Assembly: GCF_030684315.1 (NCBI RefSeq)
Contig: NC_081393.1
Span: forward strand, 15,619,479-15,683,478
Reading direction: 5' to 3'
DNA: 64,000 nucleotides
DNA from: Stegostoma tigrinum
Taxonomy: Eukaryota
A program made the position numbers and the translations under genes. The notes below the pieces were generated by a model, which was not told the DNA's origin, did no database searches, and worked only from the letters and a program-made list of their open reading frames with translations. Of this stretch, positions 24,770-36,578 are shown piece by piece (the first letter of the stretch is position 1; the number at the start of each line of letters is the position of its first letter).

Positions 24770-25220
24770 CGCCTTGACCATTCAGCGCCATCCGTCCCCG
24801 CCCTCCGACCAATACGATCTACAGTCCCTGCCTCTGACCAATCAGGACTATCATTCCCGCCCACGGTCCGGCTAATACCAAAGTCCCCGCCCTCCAGCCA
24901 ATCGGATCCATGGTAACCGCCCACCAGGAAAAGGTACCCGCCTACCAACCAATCATGGCAACGATACCCGCCCCCCCGCGACGGTTAAAAACATTGTACC
25001 CGCCTCTGACCAATCGGACACAAAGCACCCACACCTCCGACCAACCAGAGAAAGGGTGCCCGCCCCCGACCAATCAGAGCAGCCCTACCCGTTCCCTCCA
25101 CCCAATCAAAACTACCGGCCCCCTGCCCCCAGACCAATTAGAGCCAGAAGTGCCTACACCGACCAGTCAAAGCTATCTTTCCCGCCCCCGGGCCCAGGCA
25201 AGTTACGACCAATCCGAACC
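24770..25220 (-). promoter_or_regulatory. CHMP7 promoter with repeated GC-box + CCAAT cassettes
   Basis: CCAAT (+ strand) at 24809, 24838, 24898, 24949, 25010, 25070, 25102, 25134, 25209, most preceded by CCGCC(C)-like boxes; CpG-rich; just upstream of the ATG. Confidence 0.75.
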
Positions 25221-25344
25221 GAGGTGGGCAGGACCACAGTGCCTGCATTTCGCGAACGTGGCCAGCAGAGGGAGACATTGAAGTCGCTGGCACTCATACA
25301 GGCCCTTCGGCCCTCGATCTCGTCCTGGGTAACGGGACTGGAAT

Positions 25345-27660
25345 AATTAATGATCTCACAGTTGGAGATCCTTTCGGAAGGAGTGATCACAGTCTGGTCG
25401 AATTGAAAATACAGGTGGAGCGTGAGAAGGTTAAATCCAGTACCTATGTCCTGTGCTGAAACAAAGGAGACCATGAAGGAATGAGGGAGGAGTCAGCTCA
25501 GGTAGAATGGGAGCAAAAACTTTATGATGGGTCCATTGACGAACAGTAAGAGGACTTCCAAAACGATTTTTCACAGTGCTCAGCAGAAGTATATTCAAGT
25601 GATAAGGAAGAACTGTAGGAAAAGAGGGAGCCAGCCATGGAAGTCTAAGGAAATAGGGAAAGTATCAGATTGAAGAAAAACACATACAAAGAAAAAAACA
25701 GTAGTGGGAAACTAGTAGACTGGGAACTCTTTAAAGGCCAAAGGAAAGCCACAAAAAAAAGTTATAAAGAAAAGTAAGATAGATTATGAGGGTACTAGCT
25801 CAGAATATAAAAACAGGCAGCAAAGGTTTCGAAAAATATGTAAATCGTAAAAGAGTGGTGAAGGTAAACATTGGTCCTTTAGATGATGAGAAGGCCAATG
25901 TAATAACTGGGAATGAGGAAAGAGCCGAGACATTAAACTGTTATTTCATGTCGGTCTTCACAGTGGAAGACACAAATAACATGCTGAAAACTAACGGCAA
26001 GAAGGTTATAGCAGGTGAGAACTGAGAAACTATCATTATCACTAAGGAGGCAGTGCTGAGCAAGCTAATGGGGCTAAAGGTCAACAAGTCTCCTGGCCCT
26101 GATGAAATGCATCCCAGGTACTAAAAGAGGTGATGGGGAAAATAGCAAATGCACTAATAATTATTTACCAAAATTCTCTGGAGTGGTTCCCGCCAATTGG
26201 AAAACAGCCAATGTGATACCACTGTTTAAAAAAGGCAGTAGACAAAAAGCAGGTAACTCTCGGCCAGTTAGCTTAACTTCGGTCGTGGGGAAAATGCTTG
26301 AATCTATCATTAAGGAGGAAATAGCAAGACATCTGGATATAAATTGTCCCACTGGGAACACCCAGCATGCGTTCATGAAGGGTAGGTCATGTTTAACTAA
26401 TTTGGTGGAATTATTTGAGGACATGACTTGCATGGTGGACAATGGGGAACCTGTAGATGTGGTGTATCTGGATTTCCAGAAGGCATTTGACAAGGTGCCA
26501 CACCAAAGGCTGCTACATAAGATAAAGTTGTGCGGTATTACAGGTAATGTATTGGCATGGATAGAGGATTGACTGACCAGTAGAAAGCAAAGAATAGGCT
26601 AAATGGGTGTTTTTCTGGTTGGCGGTCAGTGGCTAGTGGTGTGCCTCAGGGATCAGTGTTGGGACCTCAATTGTTTACAATTTACAAAGATGATTTGGAA
26701 TTTGGGACTAAGTGTGGTGTGTCAAAATTTGCAGATGTCACTAAGGTGAGTGTAGAACAAAGTGTGCAGAAGACACTGAAAGTCTGCAGAGGGAAATAGA
26801 TAGTCTAAGTGAGTGGGCAAAGGTCTGGCAGATGGAGTGCAATGTCGACAAGCGTGAGGTCATCCATTTTGGTAGGAACAGCAGCAAAATGGACTATGTT
26901 TTAAATGGTAAAAAATTGCAGCACACTGCTGTGTAGAGGGACTTGGGTGTCCTTGTGCACGATTCGCCAGAAATAGGATTGCAGGTGCAGCAGGTAATTA
27001 AAAAGGCAAATGGAATTTTGTCTGGCATTGCTAGAGGGATTGAGTTTAAAAACATGGAGGCTGTGCTGCAACTGTCTAGGGTCCTGGTGAAGCCACACCT
27101 GGAGTACTGTGTGCAGTTTTGGTCTCCTTAATTGAGCAGAGATATACTAGCACTGGAGGGGGTGCAGAGGAGATTCACTCGGTTGATTCAGAGTTGAGAG
27201 GGTTGGATTATGAGGAGAGACTGAGTAGACTGGGATTATACGCATTGGAATTCAGAAGAATGACGGGAGATCTTACAGAAACATATTAGATTATGAAGGG
27301 AAGAGATAAGGTGGAGGCAGGGAGGTTGCTTCCACTAGCAGGTGAAACTAGGACTAGACGGTATCGTCTCAAAATAAAGGGAAGCAGATGTAGGACTGAG
27401 GTCAGGAGGAACTTCGTCACCCAAAGGGTTGTGAATCTGTGGAATTCCCTGCCCAGTGAAGCAGTTGAAGCTACCTCGCTGAATGTGTTTAAGGCAAGGC
27501 TAGATAAATCTTTGAACAGTAAAGGAATTAAGGGTTATGGTGAGTGGGCAGGTAAGTAGAGCTGAGTCTCAAAAAGATCAGCCGTGATCTTATTAAATGG
27601 TGGGGCAGGCTTGAGGGGCCGGAAGGCTTACTCCTGCTCCTAGTTCTTATGTTCTTATGT
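25345..27660 (+). mobile_element. CR1-type LINE 3' ~2.3 kb, degenerate
   Basis: RT fragments (WKTANVIPLFKKG, RPVSLTSVVGKMLE, DVVYLDFQKAFDKVPH, GVPQGSVLGP, PHLEYCVQFWSP) with stops and frameshifts; ends in a (TTCTTATG)2 tail. Confidence 0.92.
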
Positions 27661-29353
27661 TTTTTGAGTCAATACTGGTCGAAGATGAGCAGCTAATTAT
27701 TCTAATCCCATTTCCCGTTTGGTCAAATGCCTTGGTATCGTCAGTGTACATCCAAATACTTCAATTTCATGACATCACACCTCTATCCACATCAATGGAA
27801 CTGAGGTGAAGAGGGTTGAGTGTGTCAAGTTCCTCGGAGCGATGATAACTAACAATCTGCCCTGGACCTCCCACGTAGATGTGACAGTCAAGAAGGGACA
27901 ACAACACTTCTTCCTCAGGAGGCTTTGGAAATTCCACACATCCAGAAGGATCCTCACCAACCTTTCCAGATGCACCATAGAAAGCATTCTGCCTGGGTGC
28001 ACAATGGCTTGGCACAATAATGTCTCTGCCCAGGACCATTAGAAATTCCAGAGAATTGTGAACACAGCCCAGTACCTCACCCCGCCATCCATGGAGTCCA
28101 TTCACAGTTCTCACTGCCGTGGAAAGGCTACCCATCTCATCCCCGGGAATGCCCTCTTCCAACTTTTTCCATCAGGTAGAAGATAAGGAAGCTTGAAACA
28201 GATTCAAGAACAGCTTCTTCCCTGCTGTTACTAAACCGTTGAATGTTACTAGACTCTCTAACTTTAAATCTAATGTTGATCTTGTTTTTGTGCATTCCTA
28301 TGCACCTGTAACCCTGTCTAAGCACCCTCTGATCTGTTTGTTCTGGTCTATTATGATCTAATGCTATTGCTCACAAAACAAAACAATTCACTGTTTTCTG
28401 TGCGAACAAAAAAATCCTCAGACGCCCTCTCAACCTTTTGCCCTGACCTTGAATCTATGCTCCCTGGTCATTGATCCTCCAACCAAGGGGAAAAGTTGTG
28501 CCCCTCATGATTTTATACATCTCTATCAATCATACTCCTCCCACCCCTTTGTCTCCTCTGCTCCAAGGAAAACAACCCCCGTCCATCCAATCTCTCTTCG
28601 ATAACTGAAACTCTCCAGCCCAGGCAACATCCTGGTTAATCTTCCCTGCCCCTCTCCAGTGCAGTCACATCCGTCCTGTAATGTGGATCCCAGAACTGCA
28701 CGCAACACACGAGATGTGACCAAACCCATGGGTTATATCATTCTGACATTGCCTCCCACTCTTATCTCTATGCCATGGTTAATAAGTGTCAAATACCTGA
28801 ACCACTTTATCATACAAGTCAAACGGCCTGTTCTTCTTTGAAATGGTATGCTCATCTGAGAGGGTGTCTAGATTAAAACACTCATCTGAATTTAAACACA
28901 TCCGACAATGTGCCACTCCCTCGGTAAAGCTCTTTAAACCGCACCTTCTATGACCTTGACCACTCTGAAAGATTAAGTGGCAGATATGTGTGAAAACCTG
29001 CGCATGATAGTCAGCCACTCACCATCCTGACTCCCTCGGCGTCACTGGGACAAGATCCTGGAACTCGCTCCCTAACAGCACCGTGTGGGGTCCTACACCA
29101 CATGGACTGCAGGGGCTCAGTCCCACCTTCTCAAGGGGGGAACTAGGGGGGAAACAGGGATGACCCAGCCAGTGACACCCACATTATTGTGAACAAGTAT
29201 GTTGAAATAACAGGCATCTTCCCATCTGTAAATAAAAGGATGCTAACTTAAATAGGCTTTGATCTTATCACTTGGGATTTGGGATCCTATAACTGGATGT
29301 CTATCCCTCAAAGGTGAGATGGGACTAAGAGTTTATTTTAATAAAAACTGGCT

Positions 29354-29986
29354 TGTGAGCATGACAATGTTGTCACTTTTAAAGGAGATTTTATCTTTTT
29401 TTTAAAAGCGATTGTAAGGCAAAGGCGTCAGACTAGCTACTGAAGGCGACTTAACTAAACAACTTGTGAGGTCTTTGGGTTCTTACTAAAAGTTGGAGCA
29501 ATGGAAGTAGCCTGAATGGGTGTGGCCAGCTCTCACAGAACCAGATTTCTGGGTTTGGGTTTTCTCAGTATCCCCAGAAGCCTTTGGCGTCTCGAAAGAG
29601 TTGGAAGCTTCACTGAATATATCCTGGCTGCTATTCTTTCTGAATTTCTGCTTAATGTTTTTTTTTCCTCCTGGATTGGAGAACTGCATGTGAGAATCTG
29701 TGATTTTAGCTTTTTGCTAAGGCTTGTGTTTATGGGATACGACTATATTGGAAGCATTAATTAGTAATAGGTACTGCATCTATTATTTACTTAAGTTTCC
29801 ATTAGTTAGGTTACTCTAAATTCCTCTTTCTTTTGTTCGTATTTTAACTATAGTGTTTAAATAAGTTGTGTTTTACTTAACGTCAAGTTGCATCTTCCTA
29901 TCGACCTTAAAAATCAGAAGAAATTAGGGTCCAGGTTCCCCTCTTAAACTATTTTGATGGGGTCAGGTCTGGTCTGGTCCATAACA
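29354..29986 (+). mobile_element. ~630-bp solo-LTR-like repeat (second copy)
   Basis: Diverged relative of 18293-18913, TG...CA ends. Confidence 0.5.
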
Positions 29987-30175
29987 GATGAACTGAAGTG
30001 GACTTATCATTCAAAGATTCAAGACAGATCACAGCCCTTTCTTTCTGATATTGTGCTTTATGTTACAATCCAATCTGAGGACCTTTCTGCTCTTGGCAAA
30101 CACACAGTTTCATGTCAGAAGCTCAACCCAAAATGAAGGACATTGAGCTTGCAGTCGTGTTCTGTTTCTCTTCAG

Positions 30176-30181
30176 TTTATT
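30176..30181 (-). terminator. Candidate LGI3 polyadenylation signal
   Basis: AATAAA on minus strand ~2 kb after the stop, in non-repeat sequence; untested. Confidence 0.3.
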
Positions 30182-30474
30182 CAAAGAATACCACAACTGT
30201 GAAATATTACATTGTTCTAAATGCTTCTCTCTGAAGTATACAGCACTAAAACACGTACATATCTGAACAGGTGAACAACAGCACTCATTGCTGGTGGTTT
30301 TAAAGTAAGCTCCGAAACACAGAAATAAAAGCAAACTTCTGTGATCGCTGGAGATCTGAAATAAAAACAGAAAGCGCTGGAGAAATTTAGCAGGTCTGGT
30401 GGCTTCTGGGCAGAGAGAAATATAGTTAACATTTTGAATCTGATCTGACTTTCCAAGTTTGAAGAACAGTCATA

Positions 30475-31100
30475 CAGCCATGCAGCACAGAAATCGACCC
30501 CTCAGTCCAACCAGTCCATGCTGACCATCGTCCCAAACTAAACTAGTCCCGGCTGCTTGCTCCAAATATTTTCTAACCATGTACTTTTATAAATGTCTTT
30601 TAAATGTTGTAACTGTATCCACGTCCATCACTTCCTCAGGAAGTTCATTCCACACGTGAACCACCCTCTGTTTAAAAAATATGCCCATGTCTTTATTAAA
30701 TCTGTCTCCCCTCGCCTTAAAAATGTGCCCCCCAGTCTTGAAATCCCCCATCCTAGGAAAAAGATAAGTACCATCAATTCTATCTATGTCCCTCATGATT
30801 TTGTAAATCTCCATACGGTTCTCAACTTTCTATGCTCCAGTGAAAGAAGTCCCAGCCTATCCTTGTAACTCAAACCTTCCATACCTGGCAACATGCTGGT
30901 AAATTTCTTCTGAACCCTCTCTACCAAAATAACATCCTTCCTATGACAGAATTGGACACAGCGCTTCAGAAGAGGCCTCACCAATGTCCTGTACAACCTC
31001 AACATGATGTCCCCAACTCCTACACTCAAAGGACTGAGCAATAAAGGCAAGTCTGCTAAATACCGTGACGTAAACTTCAAAGAATTATGTACCTGAATCC
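30475..31100 (-). mobile_element. CR1-type LINE 3' fragment
   Basis: LRLYRTLVRPLL..CVQF..ERVQKKFT; EIYKIMRDIDR..WNELPEEV. Confidence 0.85.
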
Positions 31101-32200
31101 CTTGAAACATTTGCTCCAGTTTCTTCACCACCAATGCTGCCCGACCTGCTGAGTTTCTCCGAGTGCTTTCTGTTTTCCCTTCTGAAACACAGAAATTGCT
31201 TGTTTTATACATCTCTCAGTCAGACCTCATTCAGGGCATGTTCGGAGTCACGAAAGAAGGATTTCTGAAATACTTCAAACAAAACCGACAAGTCAATCAA
31301 TGACAACGGGAGTCAAATTCCACAGAACTCGGAAAGCATAGGTGGGAACAAGGTCAGGACCAGAAACTGACAGGTCACTTCACTGAGACTGATGGGCGCA
31401 CCGTGAAAATATCTGCAGGTCATGATATTTATCAAAACATGAACAAACGCAGCAAAGTCATCTGAATCAAGTAAAACTACGACAAAGCACAATTACCTCA
31501 AAGACCAAAAGTAACAAGCCGATGGAAAATTAGAACGAGCCGAAAACAAAACAGAAGTCTGTGTGTACATAGCGCCTTCCACATTCCTGGGGACTTTTGA
31601 AAGAACAGCGCCACAAGGCGAAATCTCTTTCGGAGGATGGTTCCTGGTGTATCGAATGGGAATACCTAATGGGAGGGGTGGAGACACACTCAGACGTTCC
31701 CAGAGGATTCTGCTAGCCCCCTCCCGCCGTCCAATTCTTTTCAGACCGTCTCCAGTCGAGCAGCGCAGGCAGACAGAACCCACAGGGTGGGTGGGCACCG
31801 GACCACTGTCTCAATTTGTCAGGACGAATGTTTGGTGGGGGGTGGTGGGGAGTGATCCCATTCCATCCGAAGCAAACAGTGATGCGGGATTAACAACAAG
31901 TGTGGAAAATTGCTCGATAAATTCAGCGCTGGAGGCGAGGCGTGTGAGTATTAGAAGGCGACTAACAGTCCAATAGAAGCTTTCCTCTTCCTGAATTGTC
32001 AGGATTCGGTAAATTCTGATCATTTGCTTTTCCTATGAAGGGGCTTCATTGCAAACTTGATTAGCCTTGCTAAGTTTCGGATTAAGTAAGGACAAATCGA
32101 CATCTAATGCAAGTCATATTAGTGTGGGAAGCTGAGGGATGCCTCTCCGGGAAAGGTGGCAATCGAACGGGCGGCGCTGCCACTCTGTTGGGTGACGCCA

Positions 32201-33018
32201 CTAAGCACTGGTGTCGATCACCATGTGCTTGTATATGATAGTGTTCCCTTTGAAGCTGGGAGCCAGCACCAAGTGCATGCCGTCGATGGACACCATCTGA
32301 AAACGCCGGGCCGCACGCACGCTCCAGTCCTCGAAGCGGCCAAAGACCCGCTTCTCGACATCCCAGAGATAAACATGAGAGAAAGAGAAATCGCTTCCCA
32401 GCACCATGTACTGCCATTGTGCCACGCGGAAGGGCTCGGCAATCATCGAGCCCCTCGAGGGCAGGGCCTGGATCTCGGCGAAGCGCTGGCCCTCCCACCT
32501 CACCAGCTTGGAGTCACCGATGAACCGGACCAGGCAGAGGTACACGGCCTTCTGGAACTGGAAATGTTTCACGGTGTGCACGTCCAACATGTCGGGGATT
32601 TCGGTGAGGTAGGTGAACCGCCGCTGCACCTTGTTCCACTGGTAGATGACCGGTGTTTGAGTGCTGCTGGCCAGGATCAGCTTGGGCTTGTTGTCCGTCT
32701 CGATGTACTCGGCGTCTGTGTCCCGATGCCAGGGGTGCAGGGAGTGGTGAGAGTAAAACCCCACTTTGTTCCACTTGTAAACAGTGGTGGAGCCGGCCTT
32801 CGAACTGTCCACGATCACAAAGTACCACTCCCCGTCGAGAATGAAGGTCTCAATGTCGTTGGGCTTGCGGGTCTTGGCGGTGTCGATATCCTGGATCTTG
32901 ACAAACGTGCCCCCATAGCTGTCCCACCGGTAGATGTGGGATCCTCGGAACAACTGCGCCAAGACAACATACAGCTGCCCCTCGATCACCAGTGGCTTAC
33001 AGTACACAGCGGCGTGAG
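32201..33018 (-). CDS. LGI3: LGI3 last coding exon 8 (EPTP/EAR repeats)
   Basis: gacag|CT CAC GCC...; AHAAVYCKPLVIEGQLYVVLAQLF...KPNDIETF...GFYSHHSLHPWHRDTD...LAPSFKGNTIIYKHMVIDTSA*; 818 nt. Confidence 0.95.
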
Positions 33019-33359
33019 CTGTCACAAATATAAAGACAGGCATCACGTCTACACTGTGCTGTCTGCAGATGAGACCATACACATCAGAGGAAGTGATGCA
33101 ATTTCATGTGATCTTGCTCTCGCAGCCTTGTGGCAAGATGAAATTGCAGCAAGATTTTTCTTGAATGAAATTACCATGACACTGACCTCAGCAGAGTGTG
33201 AAAACATTTATCAGCAGCATTGCAAGAGCAAGATATTGCACCTTCACGCCGAGAGCACAGGGAAATCAAGATTTAACAAAAGCATCTGTTTATCCTCATT
33301 TAATGAGGCTCCTCATCTACATGCACACTCTTAAAAGATGCTGCTCTGGGCAAACACTA

Positions 33360-33930
33360 AACCAGCATCTCCACTTCCTCAAGAGGCTAAGGAAATTCGG
33401 CATGTCCTCAAGGACTCTGACCAATTTTTATACGTGCATCATAGAAAGCATCCTACCTGGATGCATCACAGTGTGGTTTGGTTAATATTCTTCCCAAGAC
33501 TGCAAGAAACTACAGAGAGTGGTGAACACAGCCCAGGCCAGCACTCAAACCAGCATCCCATTCATTGACTTCATCCATACCTTTAGCTGCCTTGGGAAAG
33601 CAACCAACATTATCAAAGACCACTCCCACCCTGTTTATACTCTCTTCCACCCTCTTCCATTGGGCATATGATACAAAAGTTTATATCCACAATTGATCAG
33701 ATTGAAGAACAACTTCTTCCCCGCTGTTATTAGACTTCTGAATGAACCTCTGAAATTTTAAATCTCCTGTTGATCTCACGCTCTGTGTGCCTTCTCTGCA
33801 ACCGTAACATTGTATTCCTCGTTCTATTACCCTAATGCACTTTGTGTGCTATGAGCTGCCTGTACTGCATGCAAAACAAAACTTTTCACTGTACTTAGGG
33901 ACATGTGACAGAAATAAATCAAACCAAATC
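33360..33930 (+). mobile_element. Rex/Babar- or L2-type LINE 3' end (DUF1891-like)
   Basis: HLHFLKRLRKFGMSSRTLTNFYTCIIESILPGCITVWFG; related copies at ~11180-11820 (-), ~27770-28400, ~58000-58470, ~60250-60770. Confidence 0.75.
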
Positions 33931-34314
33931 TTGCCAATCTTACAAAAAGCAAAACACTGCAGATGCTAGAGATCTGAAATACAGAAAGTGCTGCACAAAC
34001 TCAGCAGGCCTGGCAGCATCATTAGACAGAGAGAGAAAAGCAGAGTTACTATCATGAGGCTGATGACATTTCTTGGGAAGATTGAGTATTGAAGGAGAGT
34101 TATATCAGAGTTGAAACGTTAACTGTTTCTCTCTCCACAAATGCAGGAGAACGTGAGAGATATTAATCAGGAGCAGCTCTTGCATACATTAGGCTCAACA
34201 CTTGATCGTCCATCTTCTGGTAACTGACATCCTGGAGATATTAGACCAGGTGGACAACCAATCACATTGAAGCCTCAGCCACCTTCAGACAACTCGAAAA
34301 TTCCTCAGGCTTAC

Positions 34315-34479
34315 CAGATATATTCTCCGATATCCTGAAGACCATTTCAACATGGTCCCACATGAAGAAAGTGCAGTTCCCATTATTAGCCTGGGCAAAT
34401 GTTACAAAGAGGTCATCAGCATACACAAATGACTCAACGGAGACAGCCTGGAAGGGCAGGGTTTGATAAACGCTGAATT
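34315..34479 (-). CDS. LGI3: LGI3 coding exon 7
   Basis: tacag|AA TTC AGC GTT TAT CAA ACC CTG...ATA TCT G|gtaag = (E)FSVYQTLPFQAVSVESFVYADDLFVTFAQANNGNCTFFMWDHVEMVFRISENIS; 165 nt. Confidence 0.95.
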
Positions 34480-34639
34480 CTGTAAAGATAAATGAAGGAG
34501 CTCGGATAATTGCTGTTTGTAATATTCGATCAGGGCATTACAACACGAGTGTTCACTGATATGTAGCTACAGTATGTACAGAGCATCAGATTCAGACCTA
34601 ACTCTTCTATCAGCAGGAATAAACTCCGAAACTTAAATA

Positions 34640-34918
34640 TAAAGCTTCCCAACACTCCCAGCACAGGGACAAAGCTGGTTTAGATACAGAGTAAAGCTCC
34701 CTCTGCACCGTACTCCCAACACTCCTCGGAAAGCGACAGCACAGGGTTAGATACAGAATAAAGTTCTCTCTACACTGTCCCCCAACAAACACTCCCAGGG
34801 GATCAGACAGCACGGTGTTAAATACAGAGTAAAGCTGCCTTTACACTGTCCCCAGACACTCCCAGGAGAGGGACAACGTGCATTAGATACAGAGTAAAGC
34901 TCCCTCTACACTGTCCCT
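34640..34918 (+). repeat. ~70-bp dispersed tandem repeat (TTAGATACAGAGTAAAGCTCCCTCTACACTGTCC family)
   Basis: About 4 units here; related copies at ~44635-45060 (+) and ~18115-18245 (-). Confidence 0.85.
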
Positions 34919-35155
34919 ACCAAAATCTCGGGCTGATCTCTAAAGCAGTATGTGGTTGATGCTCACCGTGAATTGTCCCTGACTTTGCACCCCGTGATTG
35001 AACTGATTGAAATGGCAGTCGCAATGCTGAACGGTTTAATGCTTCAAGGAAACAGCGCGAAATTCCCACCCGCTGTGAGAACAGGGAAGGGCGAATGAAC
35101 AAGGAATGAGTCGCTATGTCTGGGCCAGTTTGTGGGCACAGCATTCAGTACCGAC

Positions 35156-35325
35156 CTGTCCTGATGCAGTCAAAGTCCTTGATTGGCAGGTCATTGACCC
35201 TGACTTTCTGATATTTGCTCGGGCTGGTGCAGTGCACTGGAGGGACTGATGTGTTGGTCACCTGTAGCCATTCTATCAGCCATTTCACTTTACAGTCACA
35301 ATGGAAAGCATTCCCACGGAGATCC
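35156..35325 (-). CDS. LGI3: LGI3 coding exon 6 (LRRCT)
   Basis: [56 protein letters not shown]; 170 nt; donor GTCGGT. Confidence 0.95.
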
Positions 35326-35354
35326 CTGCAAAGGAGCACAAGTCAGATTGTGCA

Positions 35355-35960
35355 CTGAGAGTTCATTGGTATATTGGGTCTTCATGGCAAGAGGACTGGA
35401 GCATAGGAGCGGGGATGTCTCGCCACAATTGCTCAGGGAGAGACTGCACCACCGAGAATTGTGTGGGTGATTTGGGTCTCATTATCCGAGGAAGGAAATC
35501 CTGACGATGGAGGGAGTGCGGCAAAGGTTTCCCAGATTGATTCCTGGGAGGGCACGGACTCATGGATGAAGAGAAACTGGATCGGGTTAGGATTATATTC
35601 ACTGGAGTTTTGAAATCGGGGGGCATTTCGTAGAAATCGATCAAATTCTAACAGGGACTGGACAGGGGTAAATGCAGGAAGGACCTTTTTCAATACCTGA
35701 GGACAGCCAGAACCGAAGGGTCACAATCTAAGGATACGGGGTAGGACTGAGATGAGGAGAAACATCTTCACCCAGAGAGTGAGGAGAGCCTGTGGGATTC
35801 TCTGCCACAGGACCTGAGTTGGAGCCGAAACATGGGAGTTTTTCCAAAAAGGAGTTCTTAGAGTTAAAGGGAGCAAAGGGAGAAATCAGGAACAGCGTAC
35901 GAAGTTGGATGATCAGCAGGCTCAAAGGGCTGAGTGGCCTGCTCCTGCTCTGATTTTCTC
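35355..35960 (+). mobile_element. CR1-type LINE 3' fragment
   Basis: Same CR1 tail sequence as the 19.6-20.4 kb and 27.0-27.6 kb copies. Confidence 0.75.
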
Positions 35961-36024
35961 CAATTCTGTTTTGTAAATGAAGGACCTGTGTAGTTTTCAA
36001 GCTGTAAAGAAACAAAACACTCAC

Positions 36025-36096
36025 AAATGTGTCAAGACATGAAGATCCATGAAGATGTCTCTGGGAAGAGTTCGCAGATTGTTGTTTCCCAGGGAT
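36025..36096 (-). CDS. LGI3: LGI3 coding exon 5 (LRR)
   Basis: SLGNNNLRTLPRDIFMDLHVLTH(L); 72-nt LRR exon, GT-AG. Confidence 0.95.
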
Positions 36097-36543
36097 CTGG
36101 AAACGGAAGGGAAATTATCAAACAATTAAACACTGCACAATCAAAAAATCAAGAAATATTCGGGGCTGTGTGAAATAACTCCACAGGGGCTGGTATCCTA
36201 TAACCAAGTCACCCTTTATTTACATGTGGCGAGTCCTTGATACTGATCCAGCTCCCTCAGAGCCAGCTCTTAGAGTGAACAGAACCCCTGACACTTCTGT
36301 CTTTATCTGTCAGCCAGGGCTCCCTGACTGGACCCTGTCAACAGCCCCAATCTGGGAACTCACATTGAGTGGGGCCCACCTGGCTGACCACATGATAATC
36401 CCGACAATACGGTGGCATATTTAATCATCCTGGGAGTTGACTGCAGAGTAAGTTTCAGAAACAGCGTTGTCTTAAGCACTTGCAGATGGGCCAATGTTAC
36501 GGAATATCACAGGAAGTTAAAATGTTGATGCAGACAGACACAA

Positions 36544-36544
<1 letters not shown>

Positions 36545-36573
<29 letters not shown>
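36545..36573. repeat. (CA)n microsatellite
   Basis: Pure AC run; shorter runs at ~19101-19116, ~22968-22984, ~38961-38980. Confidence 0.95.

Positions 36574-36578
<5 letters not shown>

Noticed and set aside
24727-24948. In-frame N-terminal extension of CHMP7 in ORF 24454..24948
   Set aside because: Non-ATG start, runs through the promoter motif ladder, and similarity to CHMP7 begins only after MAEPD
25786-27559. Active reverse transcriptase gene
   Set aside because: Multiple stops and frameshifts, catalytic FADD changed to FADV, 5' truncated: a dead CR1 copy
32156-33334. 392-aa plus-strand ORF
   Set aside because: Antisense shadow of the GC3-rich LGI3 last exon, non-ATG start, no recognisable domain
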